Source: a virus
DNA: 64,000 nucleotides
Virus record (IMG/VR): IMGVR_UViG_3300033145_001096
Location: 650 to 64,649 of that record
Reading direction: 5' to 3' (one strand)
Part shown: one piece after another, positions 1 through 10,210 of the stretch
Layout: each line of letters opens with the position of its first letter
Numbering within the stretch: the first letter of the stretch is position 1
Program-made: the position numbers and the translations under genes
Notes under the pieces: model-generated
Seen by the model: the letters and a program-made list of their open reading frames with translations, nothing else
Told to the model about the DNA's origin: nothing
The model's database searches: none

Positions 1-721
1 ATTTCGTTATTATTATTGGTTTATTTTTTGTTATCATTATAGTATGTTCAAAATGAGCAGTTAATCCTTTATCTTTTGATTTTACTGTCCATCCATCTTT
101 ATCTATTTCTATATCAGGTTTGTTCATAAATAACATTGGCTCAATTGCTAAAATCATACCTTCTTTCAATTTTTCTCCTTCCCCTCGATTCCCAAAACAA
201 GGTATTTTCGGAGGAAGATGTATGTCTTTTCCTATTCCATGCCCTGAATATTCTCTCATAACAGAAAATCCTTTTGATTCTGATATACTTTGTATAGCAT
301 AACTTATATCGCCTATAGTGTTACCAGGTTTTGTTTGTTTTATTGCATTGATAAGAGCGTTATAAGTAGTTTTAACTAATCTTCTTGTTGTTTTATTGGT
401 TTTCCCTATTATATAAGTTTTTGCTGTGTCTGCATACCATCCGTTATATTCTATAACAAGGTCAACCTTAATTACATCTCCTTCTTTTACAATTCTATCA
501 GATGGCACTCCATGAACAATTTCATCATTAACCGATACACATAAAAAAGAGGGAAAACTCTGATAACCCTTACACGCCAACTTGTAATCTGGGTAATTTT
601 GTAATATGAAATTTTCCGCAAAAAGAGCTATATCTTTTGTCTTAATTCCTATTGTAATTATTTTCTTCAATTTTCTCAAAATTAAACTTGCAACTTTACC
701 AGCTTTTAATATATTATTCAT
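1..721 (-). CDS. map: Methionine aminopeptidase type I (M24A); runs to the window edge
   Basis: Absent from the ORF track. Manual translation from ATG at 721: MNNILKAGKVAS...CVSVNDEIVHGVP...KVDLV...YADTAKT...GHGIG...AIEPM...HFEHTIMIT, with all five metal ligands (D,D,H,E,E). 240 codons; stop probably begins at base 1. Confidence 0.93.
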   Translation of the reverse strand, partial: MNNILKAGKVASLILRKLKKIITIGIKTKDIALFAENFILQNYPDYKLACKGYQSFPSFLCVSVNDEIVHGVPSDRIVKEGDVIKVDLVIEYNGWYADTAKTYIIGKTNKTTRRLVKTTYNALINAIKQTKPGNTIGDISYAIQSISESKGFSVMREYSGHGIGKDIHLPPKIPCFGNRGEGEKLKEGMILAIEPMLFMNKPDIEIDKDGWTVKSKDKGLTAHFEHTIMITKNKPIIITK

Positions 722-2147
722 TTATCGAATCCAATTCTATTTTTTTAACGGTATTGGGAATATCTTTAAAATGATGAAGCACCATAAATAACTGAAAAGG
801 GTAACATTCAAATATATTTACTACGTGCATAAGATTCTCACTGTCTAAACTTCCAAGCCCCTCATCGGCTATCACTATTCCAGTTTTGTTCATAGAAATT
901 AATAATGACAATTTAAAAGCAATTTGCATAATTGTAGCTTGTCCAGTTGATAAATCTTTTTGTCCATAAGTTATACCATCTTTATTGTAAAGTATTGTAA
1001 ACTTGCCTTTATCATCTATTGTAAACTTAACAACAAATCCTATCTTCTCTAAAACGCTATTTATAATTGGTTCTAAAACCTTAATACTTTCCTTTAAATA
1101 ATAGCTCGAAAGTCCATCTAACTCACTAAGAGCCCTTTTAACGATAAGAACATCCTGTGAGGTGTATATTAAGTTTTTTTGCTTCATACGGGCTTCTAAC
1201 TTGATTTTAAGGCTGTTTAGAGCCGATATACGGGCATTTAATGACTCTTTTTCGGCTTTATAGCCAGAAACTATCTCTTTCTGCATTTTTAATGTTTCAT
1301 CATGTTCTTTTATAGACTTATCTAATTTAACAATATTATTATCTATTTCTGTAAGCTGACATTTATGACTACTATCTGAAATGGGTTGTTTACAAGCATA
1401 ACAAGTTTTTGGTTGAGAAAGTATCTTTTTCTTTTGATAAAGGTGAGATAATCTTTTCCCTTCTGCCGTTCCCTTTTCTCTATTTTCCCAATTATAATCT
1501 CTATCAAATTCATTTACTTCTTTAACAATATCTCTATACTGCTTTGTAATATTATCTATACCTTTCTTTAAAATAGCCAATCTTTTTTCTGAAGGATAAT
1601 GAGAATAACAAGTCATACCATCTTTATTCAATCGTTCTCTTTCTTGTTTAATTGCTTGAAGTTTATCTTTTGCATTGTTAAATAATCCTTCTGTAAGTGA
1701 AAACAAAGTCTTTTTTATTGTAGTCTGTCCAGCACTTAAAATATCTGCATCTTTATCGTAAGCATTAATTAAGTTGAACTTTTGAAAGTGTTCACGTGTT
1801 CCAACAATATTTTCTATATATTTATTTGCTTCTAATGAAGTTTTAAATTCAACTTCTTTATCATTACGAAAAACACTTACTCTTGTAGGATAATTTCTTA
1901 TTATAACATAATTATCTTTTCCACAATCAAAATCAATAGCAACTTTACAAGATTGACTTCTATCTCTTGTAGGTAATGATGAAAGATTTGTATAAGAATA
2001 TCCCCAAAAACCAAAAAGAATACTATCCAAAATCAAAGTAGTTTTTCCTGACCCATTAGCTCCTTGAATAAAATTCATTTTAGAAAATTCCTGAGTTTTA
2101 TTTTCGAAGTTTTTAAAATTTTTAAGGGTTATTTTATTTATTTTCAT
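714..2147 (-). CDS. sbcC: SbcC/Rad50 (T4 gp46-like) recombination nuclease ATPase subunit
   Basis: Walker A GANGSGKTT, coiled coil with CYAC zinc hook, signature LSTGQ, Walker B/D-loop IADEGLGSLD. Confidence 0.9.
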   Translation of the reverse strand: MKINKITLKNFKNFENKTQEFSKMNFIQGANGSGKTTLILDSILFGFWGYSYTNLSSLPTRDRSQSCKVAIDFDCGKDNYVIIRNYPTRVSVFRNDKEVEFKTSLEANKYIENIVGTREHFQKFNLINAYDKDADILSAGQTTIKKTLFSLTEGLFNNAKDKLQAIKQERERLNKDGMTCYSHYPSEKRLAILKKGIDNITKQYRDIVKEVNEFDRDYNWENREKGTAEGKRLSHLYQKKKILSQPKTCYACKQPISDSSHKCQLTEIDNNIVKLDKSIKEHDETLKMQKEIVSGYKAEKESLNARISALNSLKIKLEARMKQKNLIYTSQDVLIVKRALSELDGLSSYYLKESIKVLEPIINSVLEKIGFVVKFTIDDKGKFTILYNKDGITYGQKDLSTGQATIMQIAFKLSLLISMNKTGIVIADEGLGSLDSENLMHVVNIFECYPFQLFMVLHHFKDIPNTVKKIELDSINE

Positions 2148-2553
2148 AATACTTCTCCAAAATAGTTCTATAAACTAATCTGTTTGGTATATACTTTTTA
2201 AAATAAATAGTATCATCATTATTAATAATTTTACTTAATGCCCCTGCAATAGCAGCACTTCTGCTTATACCAGCTTCGCATTGACAAATAATTAAATCAA
2301 CTTTATCCTTATATTCATTAAAAAATTGTATTACCTTTTCTGCCATATCATTATCAAATAATATATAAAAAGCACTACTTGGCAAATGAACACCATCTAA
2401 ATCAGAAAATTCTAAATCTAACACTTCTAAACGAGATTTTAATCTTGGTAACTTAGCAATCTCTGAATTAGGGTCTCTAACAGAAATAACAATATGCTTA
2501 TCATCTGTTATAAAATCTTTTATTTCACACCTGCTTAATACTTTAAAATTCAT
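2134..2553 (-). CDS. Cys-based (CX5R) protein-tyrosine/dual-specificity-type phosphatase
   Basis: P-loop motif CQCEAGISRSAAIA. Confidence 0.8.
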   Translation of the reverse strand: MNFKVLSRCEIKDFITDDKHIVISVRDPNSEIAKLPRLKSRLEVLDLEFSDLDGVHLPSSAFYILFDNDMAEKVIQFFNEYKDKVDLIICQCEAGISRSAAIAGALSKIINNDDTIYFKKYIPNRLVYRTILEKYYENK

Positions 2554-2941
2554 TGTAAACTCTTTCTAAATTTTTTATATATCTTTGAATATATTTTAAA
2601 GTTTTTGGAGCAAATTCTTCTAATCTTGCTAACCCAGTTCCTATTCCATCAGAAGGTATTACAATTACATTCGCCCATTCAATACATAATTTTACCCTTG
2701 CAAAATCTTCATTTATCTTTTTTATATTATCCTTATATTCTTTATCAGTATAGTAAGCGGTTATATCATTGCTTGGACGTTTTTTAACTCTTATTCCAAT
2801 TGAATTGGATTCTCCTCGCATCTCTTTGGCTTGTCCTCCATAGCCTTTTCGACAATCATTGTCCCCGAATACATATATAACCTTACGAAATTTAAGTAAA
2901 TCACTCCTTTGGATGAATTTTTGGTAAATAATTTGTTTCAT
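2543..2941 (-). CDS. Conserved phage protein (VFGDN...GGQA family), function unknown
   Basis: Motifs IYVFGDN, GYGGQAKEMRGESNSIGI, PSDGIGTGLA recur in phage proteins; no function assigned. Confidence 0.5.
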   Translation of the reverse strand: MKQIIYQKFIQRSDLLKFRKVIYVFGDNDCRKGYGGQAKEMRGESNSIGIRVKKRPSNDITAYYTDKEYKDNIKKINEDFARVKLCIEWANVIVIPSDGIGTGLARLEEFAPKTLKYIQRYIKNLERVYNEF

Positions 2942-2942
2942 T

Positions 2943-3599
2943 TTAAAAATCCCTATGTTTAATTTTCGTAATTATCCTTTGCCCCGACCTTGCTCTCAAG
3001 TCCACTTTAGGTTTAACAACTATTCCTTCTGCAAGAAAATCTTTATTTCCTAATTGAGAATTTAACGTTTTACTTTTAATTAATTCAACTCCGTCTTTTA
3101 ATGTCCCATATCCGACAATAGGAGCTACTCTTATACCTAATTGTTCAGCCAGTTCTTCTGTATCTTCTCGTTTAAGCCACCAACTACCTATTCTAATATC
3201 AAACAAAACAAAATCTATTCCCTTTCCTTCCTTAAAATATTTTCCTCCAGATTGTATTTTATGGCTTATTCCTTCTCCATATAAAGTTACATCTGGTTTA
3301 TCTTCGCTTAACTCAAAAACAGAAAATACTTTTTCTTTAGGAAATAATTCTTTTAATCTCTCTAATAAAATAAGAGGCATTTGCGCTTTATCGGTTCTTC
3401 CTTTAAACTCTACATCTTGAATAAGAGGACAAGTATAAATATTTACACGAACATTTGTTCCATCCAATTTTTCATCGAATCTCCACATGTTATCTTTTAA
3501 ATATTCGAACTCAGGAACAGAATATACCCCTTCTATTAATTTCTTACTGCCCTCCATATCTCTTTTGAAAATAGAATTAATCTTGTGATAAATGCTCAT
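2943..3599 (-). CDS. RNA ligase (Rnl2-like nucleotidyltransferase domain only)
   Basis: Motif I EKLDGTN, YGE, FVLFDI, EGIVVK, KIKHRDF. Confidence 0.8.
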   Translation of the reverse strand: MSIYHKINSIFKRDMEGSKKLIEGVYSVPEFEYLKDNMWRFDEKLDGTNVRVNIYTCPLIQDVEFKGRTDKAQMPLILLERLKELFPKEKVFSVFELSEDKPDVTLYGEGISHKIQSGGKYFKEGKGIDFVLFDIRIGSWWLKREDTEELAEQLGIRVAPIVGYGTLKDGVELIKSKTLNSQLGNKDFLAEGIVVKPKVDLRARSGQRIITKIKHRDF

Positions 3600-4441
3600 T
3601 ATATTTGCCCTTCCTCTAAAAATTTATCATACTTTTCTTTACTAACTTCTTTTCCACCAATATAATATTTTAAACTGTCTTTAAATCCTTTGCAAGTTGA
3701 ACATATAAATGTGTCAGTCTTAGATAAAAAGAACTCTTCACCTAATTGTCTTTTATCTTCTCCACAAATTGAACAAATCATTTTATACTCCTTATTATTT
3801 TGCTAATATCAACATTGATAATTCTTCTCGTGCATATATCATAAATTCTTTTTGCTAAACTTTTTCTTATTTTAATTAAATCACAAGGTTTATCACATTT
3901 ATCGCAAATATGATAACAAGTAATCTTGCCTTCTATTCTTACAGGATAACCGCAACATGAAGAGCCATAATTTCTTTTATGTAAATTTTTAAAATATTTT
4001 TTATAATAATCCATCTTAATTCTTTTCCTTTTCAGAATCAGTTATTTCTATTAGAGGCTCTTTAGAATAATGCAAAGGTTCGTGTGCTAATACTCTGGGA
4101 GTTTTCATATTTCTACTTCTAAAATTCTGTAACTTCTTAGATATTTCATATGCTATTTGAGCATTACCAATTTCCTTCATACCTACTCCATAAGATTCGT
4201 TTTGCTGCAATTCAGGGAAAAGTATAGGTTTTATTAAATCTTGTATATAAGACCCAAGCTTATATCCCATAAAAATTTCAATATGACCTTCTGATTCTTG
4301 ATTATATTCTAAAGGTTTCCCTCTCATATTACTAATACCTCGTTCTATTTCGCTTAATTGTCCAGAACACATTCTACTCATTGAGTCTAAAGCTTGTTCT
4401 ATAATTAAAGCTTGCTTTTCTGTGCATTTTATATTTATCAT
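3599..4441 (-). other. Three small hypothetical CDS (3599-3781, 3778-4014, 4016-4441), two Cys-rich
   Basis: ORF track; overlapping stop/start coupling and SD motifs. Confidence 0.65.
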
Positions 4442-4544
4442 TTTATTTCTCCTTTTTAAAAAACATTCTTACATATTATATATAAACAAATTAATATAAT
4501 TGTGCTTATTATTATTACAAAGTTAATGTCTTTTTCCCAATTTT

Positions 4545-5126
4545 TCATTTTTCTTCCTCTGTAAATTCATTGTTACAATTTAAACATTTAGCTTGTAAAT
4601 TAGTAGCACATCTTATTGTAGTGCATCCACAATTATATTTTTTCATTTTAGTAGGAGCAGTAACTGTAAAACGATTCTTACGATACAGCTTAAATACTTT
4701 ATAATTTATATTTGCTTGTTTAATGATATTGTCTAAATTATTTGATAAAGATGTTATTGCCCAACCATGTCTACCACTTTTTTCTACGTTTAAACCGTAA
4801 ATTTCGGCTTTTTCTTTAAATTTTTTATTATGATAATTTTGATTGTTACAGTCTTTTATTTTCTCACAATCATTTGTATAATGAACCATTTCATGAATTA
4901 GAGTTTCTATTGGATTTTTATTTAAGCTTTCAGCACAAATGTTAATCTCTCCAAATTCGACTTTATCCTTTTGCCATTTGTTATTCCAATACCAACCTAA
5001 TGTTTCTTTTTGTCTTCCTTTTGACTGTATAGTAATAAGAGGCTTAGATTTAAGTTTAAATCTTTTAGCTAAAAAACAATAAGTCTTTTCTAATTCTTGA
5101 ATGATAGGAACGATACTATTATCCAT
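4545..5126 (-). CDS. SprT-like zinc metalloprotease
   Basis: ETLIHEMVH, YHNKKF, C-terminal KKYNCGC...C..C zinc ribbon. Confidence 0.8.
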   Translation of the reverse strand: MDNSIVPIIQELEKTYCFLAKRFKLKSKPLITIQSKGRQKETLGWYWNNKWQKDKVEFGEINICAESLNKNPIETLIHEMVHYTNDCEKIKDCNNQNYHNKKFKEKAEIYGLNVEKSGRHGWAITSLSNNLDNIIKQANINYKVFKLYRKNRFTVTAPTKMKKYNCGCTTIRCATNLQAKCLNCNNEFTEEEK

Positions 5127-5269
5127 TTAAACTCTCCTTTAAAAGCTTTATATATTCCTCATAGGCATAAACTCTTAAAATCTTACCTTCAATTTTAGGT
5201 AATTCTCTGAATTCACCTGGCTGTGGATATTCTACACAATCCAATAGGAAATCTATTAATTCCCAAGTC

Positions 5270-6142
5270 TTATCCATTTAAAGCCTCCTTCAACATATCT
5301 CTTACATCTTTATCATTAATTTTGTTTATACCATCTGCAATTATTTCTTCAAGTTTCTTATTAGATGTAGATGCTTTTTCTACTGTTTCGACTTCCTTTT
5401 CAAAATCTAATTTTACTTTAAAAGTATGAAACTTATTCTTAAACTTATGTATTTCGTTTATACTTTTCTTAAAATCAGCAAAAGAGTTTATCACTAATCT
5501 TGCCTTAATATTTTTATTTGCTTTTTCTAATGCATCTAAAGAAAAAAAATCTTGCATTTTTATTGGGGATTCGAGTGTAACAAACTCTATCTTATTATTA
5601 TCAGTAAGAATAGCAACTCGTTTAAATTCGTCCGTAACTTCGTTAAAGTGCTGATAACGTATTGACCCAATATGAAATATGGTATCTGTAAATTTTTGTG
5701 GTTCATGCTGGTGGGCAAGGACGGCATAATTATACTTCTCTAAATCCTTAACTCCACACTTACCTGTTCCATATTCCAATTTTGACGAATAAAGCATATG
5801 ATGACCATAATAAACATTATCTTCTATAAAATGGTCTTTCGTTATTATTTTAATTTTGCCACTTAATTCTTTTAAATATTCTATAATAGCTACGTTATTT
5901 AAAAATTCGTGAGTGCCATTTCCTGCTAATAATATAACTTCTTTGTATAAAGTTGACATTTTATGTATTAATTTAGTAGCAAATTTTATTTCTTTTGGCG
6001 TAGGTCTATTCTTATCAAATAAATCTCCAAGCTGAATAACCCTATCTACCTTAATTTTAAAAATATCATTATCAAAAATAGAGTCTATTTCTTTAATACT
6101 TTCATCGGAAATATGAATATCCCCTATTAATAAAGTTCTCAT
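5270..6142 (-). CDS. sbcD: SbcD/Mre11 (gp47-like) metallophosphoesterase nuclease subunit
   Basis: GDIH, LGDL, GNGTHE, AHQH motifs; same strand and 3 kb from the SbcC-like gene. Confidence 0.85.
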   Translation of the reverse strand: MRTLLIGDIHISDESIKEIDSIFDNDIFKIKVDRVIQLGDLFDKNRPTPKEIKFATKLIHKMSTLYKEVILLAGNGTHEFLNNVAIIEYLKELSGKIKIITKDHFIEDNVYYGHHMLYSSKLEYGTGKCGVKDLEKYNYAVLAHQHEPQKFTDTIFHIGSIRYQHFNEVTDEFKRVAILTDNNKIEFVTLESPIKMQDFFSLDALEKANKNIKARLVINSFADFKKSINEIHKFKNKFHTFKVKLDFEKEVETVEKASTSNKKLEEIIADGINKINDKDVRDMLKEALNG

Positions 6143-7045
6143 TATCTTACATATCCTTTAGTTTTACTAATAATCATTACTTTATGACCGCATTTTGGAC
6201 ATTCTTCATAAGTTAAATTCAAACCTGCCAAAATTACTTCTGGAACATTAGAAATATTATAATCTCTTGAACAAGGTTGTAACATTGCTTTACTTTGAAA
6301 AGCTACATCTGCTCCACATTCAGGACAATTTACGTGAAATCTATCGTATAAACTCATTTTATTTTTCCTCTACTTTGACAAATTTGCTATCAGCATCTAT
6401 GAGTTTATCTTTACCTTTTACTAATCTAAGATTGGAAAGGGTAGTATTGACATCCATAACCTTTTTCCATCGCAAAAAATTTCGCATTTTTGGATACAAA
6501 CAAGAATAGTAAGATTTTTTATTATCTACACTTTTAAAAAATACATAAAAAAAGAAGCCCCCATATCTACTACGTTTCTTCTGAATTTTAATTATTGTAG
6601 CTATCATAATAATAAAACTCCTTTTTCACTGATAAATTTTTACATTCTTTGCAAGCCACAATATGAGGATGATAAGCATAATGCTTTAAAGTCTTATCAT
6701 AACACGCACATCTATGAGATTCTTTTTTGTTAGTTTGTGTAATTTCTTTTGGAAATAAAAAAGGACAATTATTATGACATAACTTGATATTTTGTAATGG
6801 CTCTATCCTTACTGTTGTATCTGCTACTTTTATAGCTGGCTTTTTAAACCATTCTACCAAAATATATGCTAATAAATTCTTATAAAAATATTTCCCTATC
6901 TTAATCATTCTACCTCTCCAATTTTAACTTTATCACAAGGTTTATCACATTTATCACATACATAATACATAGTAACCTTACCTTCTACTCTCATAGGATG
7001 TTTGCAACAAGATGAACCATAACGATTTATTTTTAGTTTCTTCAT
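6142..7045 (-). other. Four small hypothetical CDS (6142-6357 Zn ribbon, 6359-6607, 6588-6908, 6905-7045)
   Basis: ORF track plus manual translation of 6905-7045 (MKKLKINRYGSSCCKHP...). Confidence 0.6.
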
Positions 7046-7046
7046 T

Positions 7047-8075
7047 TTAATTATTCCCATCGTATAATTTACCATCATAAATAAATCTACCCTTGATAAT
7101 TCTTACATTCTGAACAAAGAAATTACCATTTGGCAAATAATAAACAATAACAAACCCATGACTCCATTTATTAGGCTTGTTACGAAGGTAATCTGGATTT
7201 TTGTTACATAAACATCCACCATTATAACCTATAAGGGCTATCTCTTTAGCAGGTGAACTTGAAGACCTTGAGCCAATTCTATGAGTATGAAAGAATAAAA
7301 CATTAGTCTTAAACTCATCTATATGCTTTTTTACTGCATGAACATTAGCATAAACTCCGTGAGTTGTAGAAAGTCTTCCTATTCTTTCAATATAATTCAA
7401 GTCTTCATAAATTTTATATCCTCTTTTCTCCAAATAAAGTTCTTCTGTAGGATTTAGCATACCTTCTAAAACAGGCATTTTTTCTATTAATTGATTATAC
7501 CAATCTTCATGATTACCCCAGAAAAAAGCTTTATCACAATTTTTAGGAAGTCTTACGTCATATTCATCCAAAAGAACATTTCCTGTTACATAATGCTCTT
7601 TTAATCTTTGAGTTTCGAGTGTTTTTCTTTTATGTTCATTCCAATGAGAAATAGGACCCATGTCCATAAAGTCGCCAACAATTCTAAACCCATCAAACTT
7701 AATATCTTCCATTAATTTAAGAATAGCCTTATTAGCAGGGATGTTTTGTTCTGGCACATGTTGGTCTGCTAAATAAAGATATTTCTTAAATTTTTCAGGA
7801 GGTGTATTAGCTTTAATTCCTTTAGGCAGTTTCCAAGTTCCTTGAGCAATCTTTCTACTTTTATCAACATCTACATCTGCAAGTTTATCCAAACCAAGTT
7901 TATCTTGGGTTTGTAGTTCTTTTCTTGATTTTATCTTGCCTTTTGCTCTCAGCCTTTGTCCATAGCGAGAAATAGTTCTCTCTCCTACGTTCATTAGTTG
8001 AGAAATTTCATAATCATTTTTACCTAAATTATACAATTCGATGAATAACTTCTCATTAATCTTTTTGTTTATCAT
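7047..8075 (-). CDS. Calcineurin-like metallophosphoesterase with N-terminal HTH
   Basis: LADQH, VGDFMD, WGNHE, THG, FHTH motifs; N-terminal EISQLMNVGERTISRY HTH. Confidence 0.8.
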   Translation of the reverse strand: MINKKINEKLFIELYNLGKNDYEISQLMNVGERTISRYGQRLRAKGKIKSRKELQTQDKLGLDKLADVDVDKSRKIAQGTWKLPKGIKANTPPEKFKKYLYLADQHVPEQNIPANKAILKLMEDIKFDGFRIVGDFMDMGPISHWNEHKRKTLETQRLKEHYVTGNVLLDEYDVRLPKNCDKAFFWGNHEDWYNQLIEKMPVLEGMLNPTEELYLEKRGYKIYEDLNYIERIGRLSTTHGVYANVHAVKKHIDEFKTNVLFFHTHRIGSRSSSSPAKEIALIGYNGGCLCNKNPDYLRNKPNKWSHGFVIVYYLPNGNFFVQNVRIIKGRFIYDGKLYDGNN

Positions 8076-8242
8076 TTTCTTTCTCCTTTATTCTTTTATT
8101 TTAACTACATTTGTTTTCTTGTGATAATCCCAATCAAGAACTACGTCAGAAATACTCATGTCAGTCATTTCACAATAACTCTCGTAAGAAACTTCTTTGT
8201 CTTGAGGAAACAGTTTTAACTTTTCTATTAATTCTTTAACTG

Positions 8243-8512
8243 TCATTTTGTCTCCTTTATTATATCAATCTTTAATAACCATCTTTCATTAAGTTGTTCT
8301 ATTATTACTCCAAATAAAGGTAATTTATTTTGGTCAAGAGCTTCGTTTCTTATTTTTTCAAGTAAATCTGTAGAAAGTCTAAATGATTTCTTTTCAGTAT
8401 ATTTAATTTCCAAACAATGTGTATCAGAAATGGCATCTCCCTTCTGATAAAAGGCTCCGCTATTAATAGTCTTGATAAATTTCTCTTCTGCTTTTCTTCC
8501 TTTATTCTTCAT
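8243..8512 (-). CDS. PD-(D/E)xK nuclease, Hjc-like resolvase
   Basis: GRKAEEKF...GDA...LEIK. Confidence 0.6.
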   Translation of the reverse strand: MKNKGRKAEEKFIKTINSGAFYQKGDAISDTHCLEIKYTEKKSFRLSTDLLEKIRNEALDQNKLPLFGVIIEQLNERWLLKIDIIKETK

Positions 8513-8851
8513 AAATTTTATAACTCCTTTATTGCTAATTTCTTATACCATTCGAGCCATTTTAAAATTTCTTCTTTGCTCTTACATCGATTTACTATCT
8601 TTATACTTTCATCTATAGCTTTTAAATAGAATTTTTTAAAATCTTTTCCTATATCCATCTTATGACCCCTTTATTCATTAACATTTTGTTTTATACATTT
8701 CTTACATCTGGCAGTGTGGAAGCAATCAACCAGTTTAAGATGCTCTTTGTAATATTGGCAATATTCTATTTCACAACTTAAACAAGGACAATCATCACAA
8801 TATTTAGAGTTTTGTAATTTAATATTTATTCTCATAGCAACTCTCCTTTTA

Positions 8852-8916
8852 TCTCACCTTTATTATAACATAAAACATATATCTCAAGCAAGTATATAAT
8901 CGATTTTAGTAAAATA
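8852..8916 (-). promoter_or_regulatory. Phage promoter, conserved family (TTGCTT-18-TATAAT with TG extension)
   Basis: -35 at 8886-8891, -10 at 8862-8867; near-identical ~64 bp copy at 23765-23829. Confidence 0.85.
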
Positions 8917-8930
8917 AATTATAAGTGCGG

Positions 8931-8971
8931 AAAAAGGAGCCATCAACCAGGATTACCTGATAAACAGCCCC
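8931..8971 (-). terminator. Intrinsic terminator
   Basis: GGGGCTGTTTATCAGG-TAAT-CCTGGTTGATGGCTCC stem (several G-U pairs, one mismatch) then TTTTT, just after the 8983-9195 ORF. Confidence 0.75.
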
Positions 8972-8982
8972 TCTTTGATTGT

Positions 8983-9195
8983 TTATGCTTTGGAGGATTT
9001 AGCATCTCCTTTTGGTTTTGTTCTTAAAACTATACCCGATTTTTCCATTATCGCTACTTGATTACTTCTAATATCCATCAAAAGTTTAACACCCAACGTT
9101 ATAGCTTTAACAACATTAGCAAGAGTAGCCTTATCTTCTTTAATAGCTTTATCAAGTATCTCCATGTCTTCTTTTATATGCTGTGACCTTATCAT
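8983..9195 (-). CDS. Hypothetical protein
   Basis: ORF with AGGAGG SD and downstream terminator. Confidence 0.7.
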   Translation of the reverse strand: MIRSQHIKEDMEILDKAIKEDKATLANVVKAITLGVKLLMDIRSNQVAIMEKSGIVLRTKPKGDAKSSKA

Positions 9196-9347
9196 AATCG
9201 TCCTCCTTTCTTTCTTCCTATTTCTAAATCTTTAGGAAGTTTAGGTTTTCTTTTTCTCGCTTTCAATTGTATAAAACCCTTCTTTATCGCTAATGCCATT
9301 AAAACTATTCCTACTATTACACCTAAAATAAATACAACTATCATGAT

Positions 9348-10202
9348 TTAATCCTCCATTTCTTTCTCTAAATTACGTTTAACTTTTGACCTATTATATT
9401 TCTTTTTAATAGGCTTTACCGAAGTTTTTTTGTGAAAGGTATTTCTTATTTTATAGATTAAGCAATGACAAATAGAACAAATTTCACAATTTCCTACGAT
9501 ACGTGGTTTCGGATTTTTGCATTTACAAGGTTTATTCATTGTATTCTGACCTTTTTTCATGTTATCTTTAGCCCATAAGGGCTGAAGATTCGAGTAATGA
9601 AAGCATTCACGTTGTTCTTCTGGTTTACTTAAATCAAAAGACGCACATGGTTTAATATGGTCGATGTGCCACTCTTTCTTCCCATGCCAACCATTGCCGT
9701 GATTATCCCAGGACATTCCTTTAGCAAATTTACATTGTAGATGATACATCAAATACTCAATATCACATCCTGTTAAGAACATAGTTGGTAAAGATTTAAA
9801 ATCGCCTTTTAATCCATGCCAAATACGAGTTCTTAAATTACAACGAATCTTAAAATTCATATCTGTTTTCTTGCGGTTTTTATTACATGTATTTATTTCT
9901 TTTTTATGAGATTGACTGTATTTTTTGCAGTAAAATAATTCCTCTTGTCTATGTTCTTTATAATATTGTTTACGATAAGTTTTCGTTTCCTCTTTGCGAG
10001 ATTGTCGGTATTTTCGGCTTTCTTTTCTGTGAGAGTTTCTATACTCCTCTATTTCTTTTTTATGAAGTTGGTCATATATCTTTTTCGCCTCTTTTTTACA
10101 ATCTTTACACCAATAAGATAACCCCTCTTTACGATTTTTCTTTTTACAAAATTCGGTAATCGGTTTTGTTATTTTGCATTTTGAGCAGGTTTTTGTTTTC
10201 AT
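9348..10202 (-). CDS. HNH homing endonuclease in frame with a downstream small Cys-rich ORF
   Basis: CSKC...C...C zinc finger, WHIDHIKPCASF...HYSNLQPLW; probable start MKTKT at 10202. Confidence 0.85.
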   Translation of the reverse strand: MKTKTCSKCKITKPITEFCKKKNRKEGLSYWCKDCKKEAKKIYDQLHKKEIEEYRNSHRKESRKYRQSRKEETKTYRKQYYKEHRQEELFYCKKYSQSHKKEINTCNKNRKKTDMNFKIRCNLRTRIWHGLKGDFKSLPTMFLTGCDIEYLMYHLQCKFAKGMSWDNHGNGWHGKKEWHIDHIKPCASFDLSKPEEQRECFHYSNLQPLWAKDNMKKGQNTMNKPCKCKNPKPRIVGNCEICSICHCLIYKIRNTFHKKTSVKPIKKKYNRSKVKRNLEKEMED

Positions 10203-10210
10203 CGATATAT

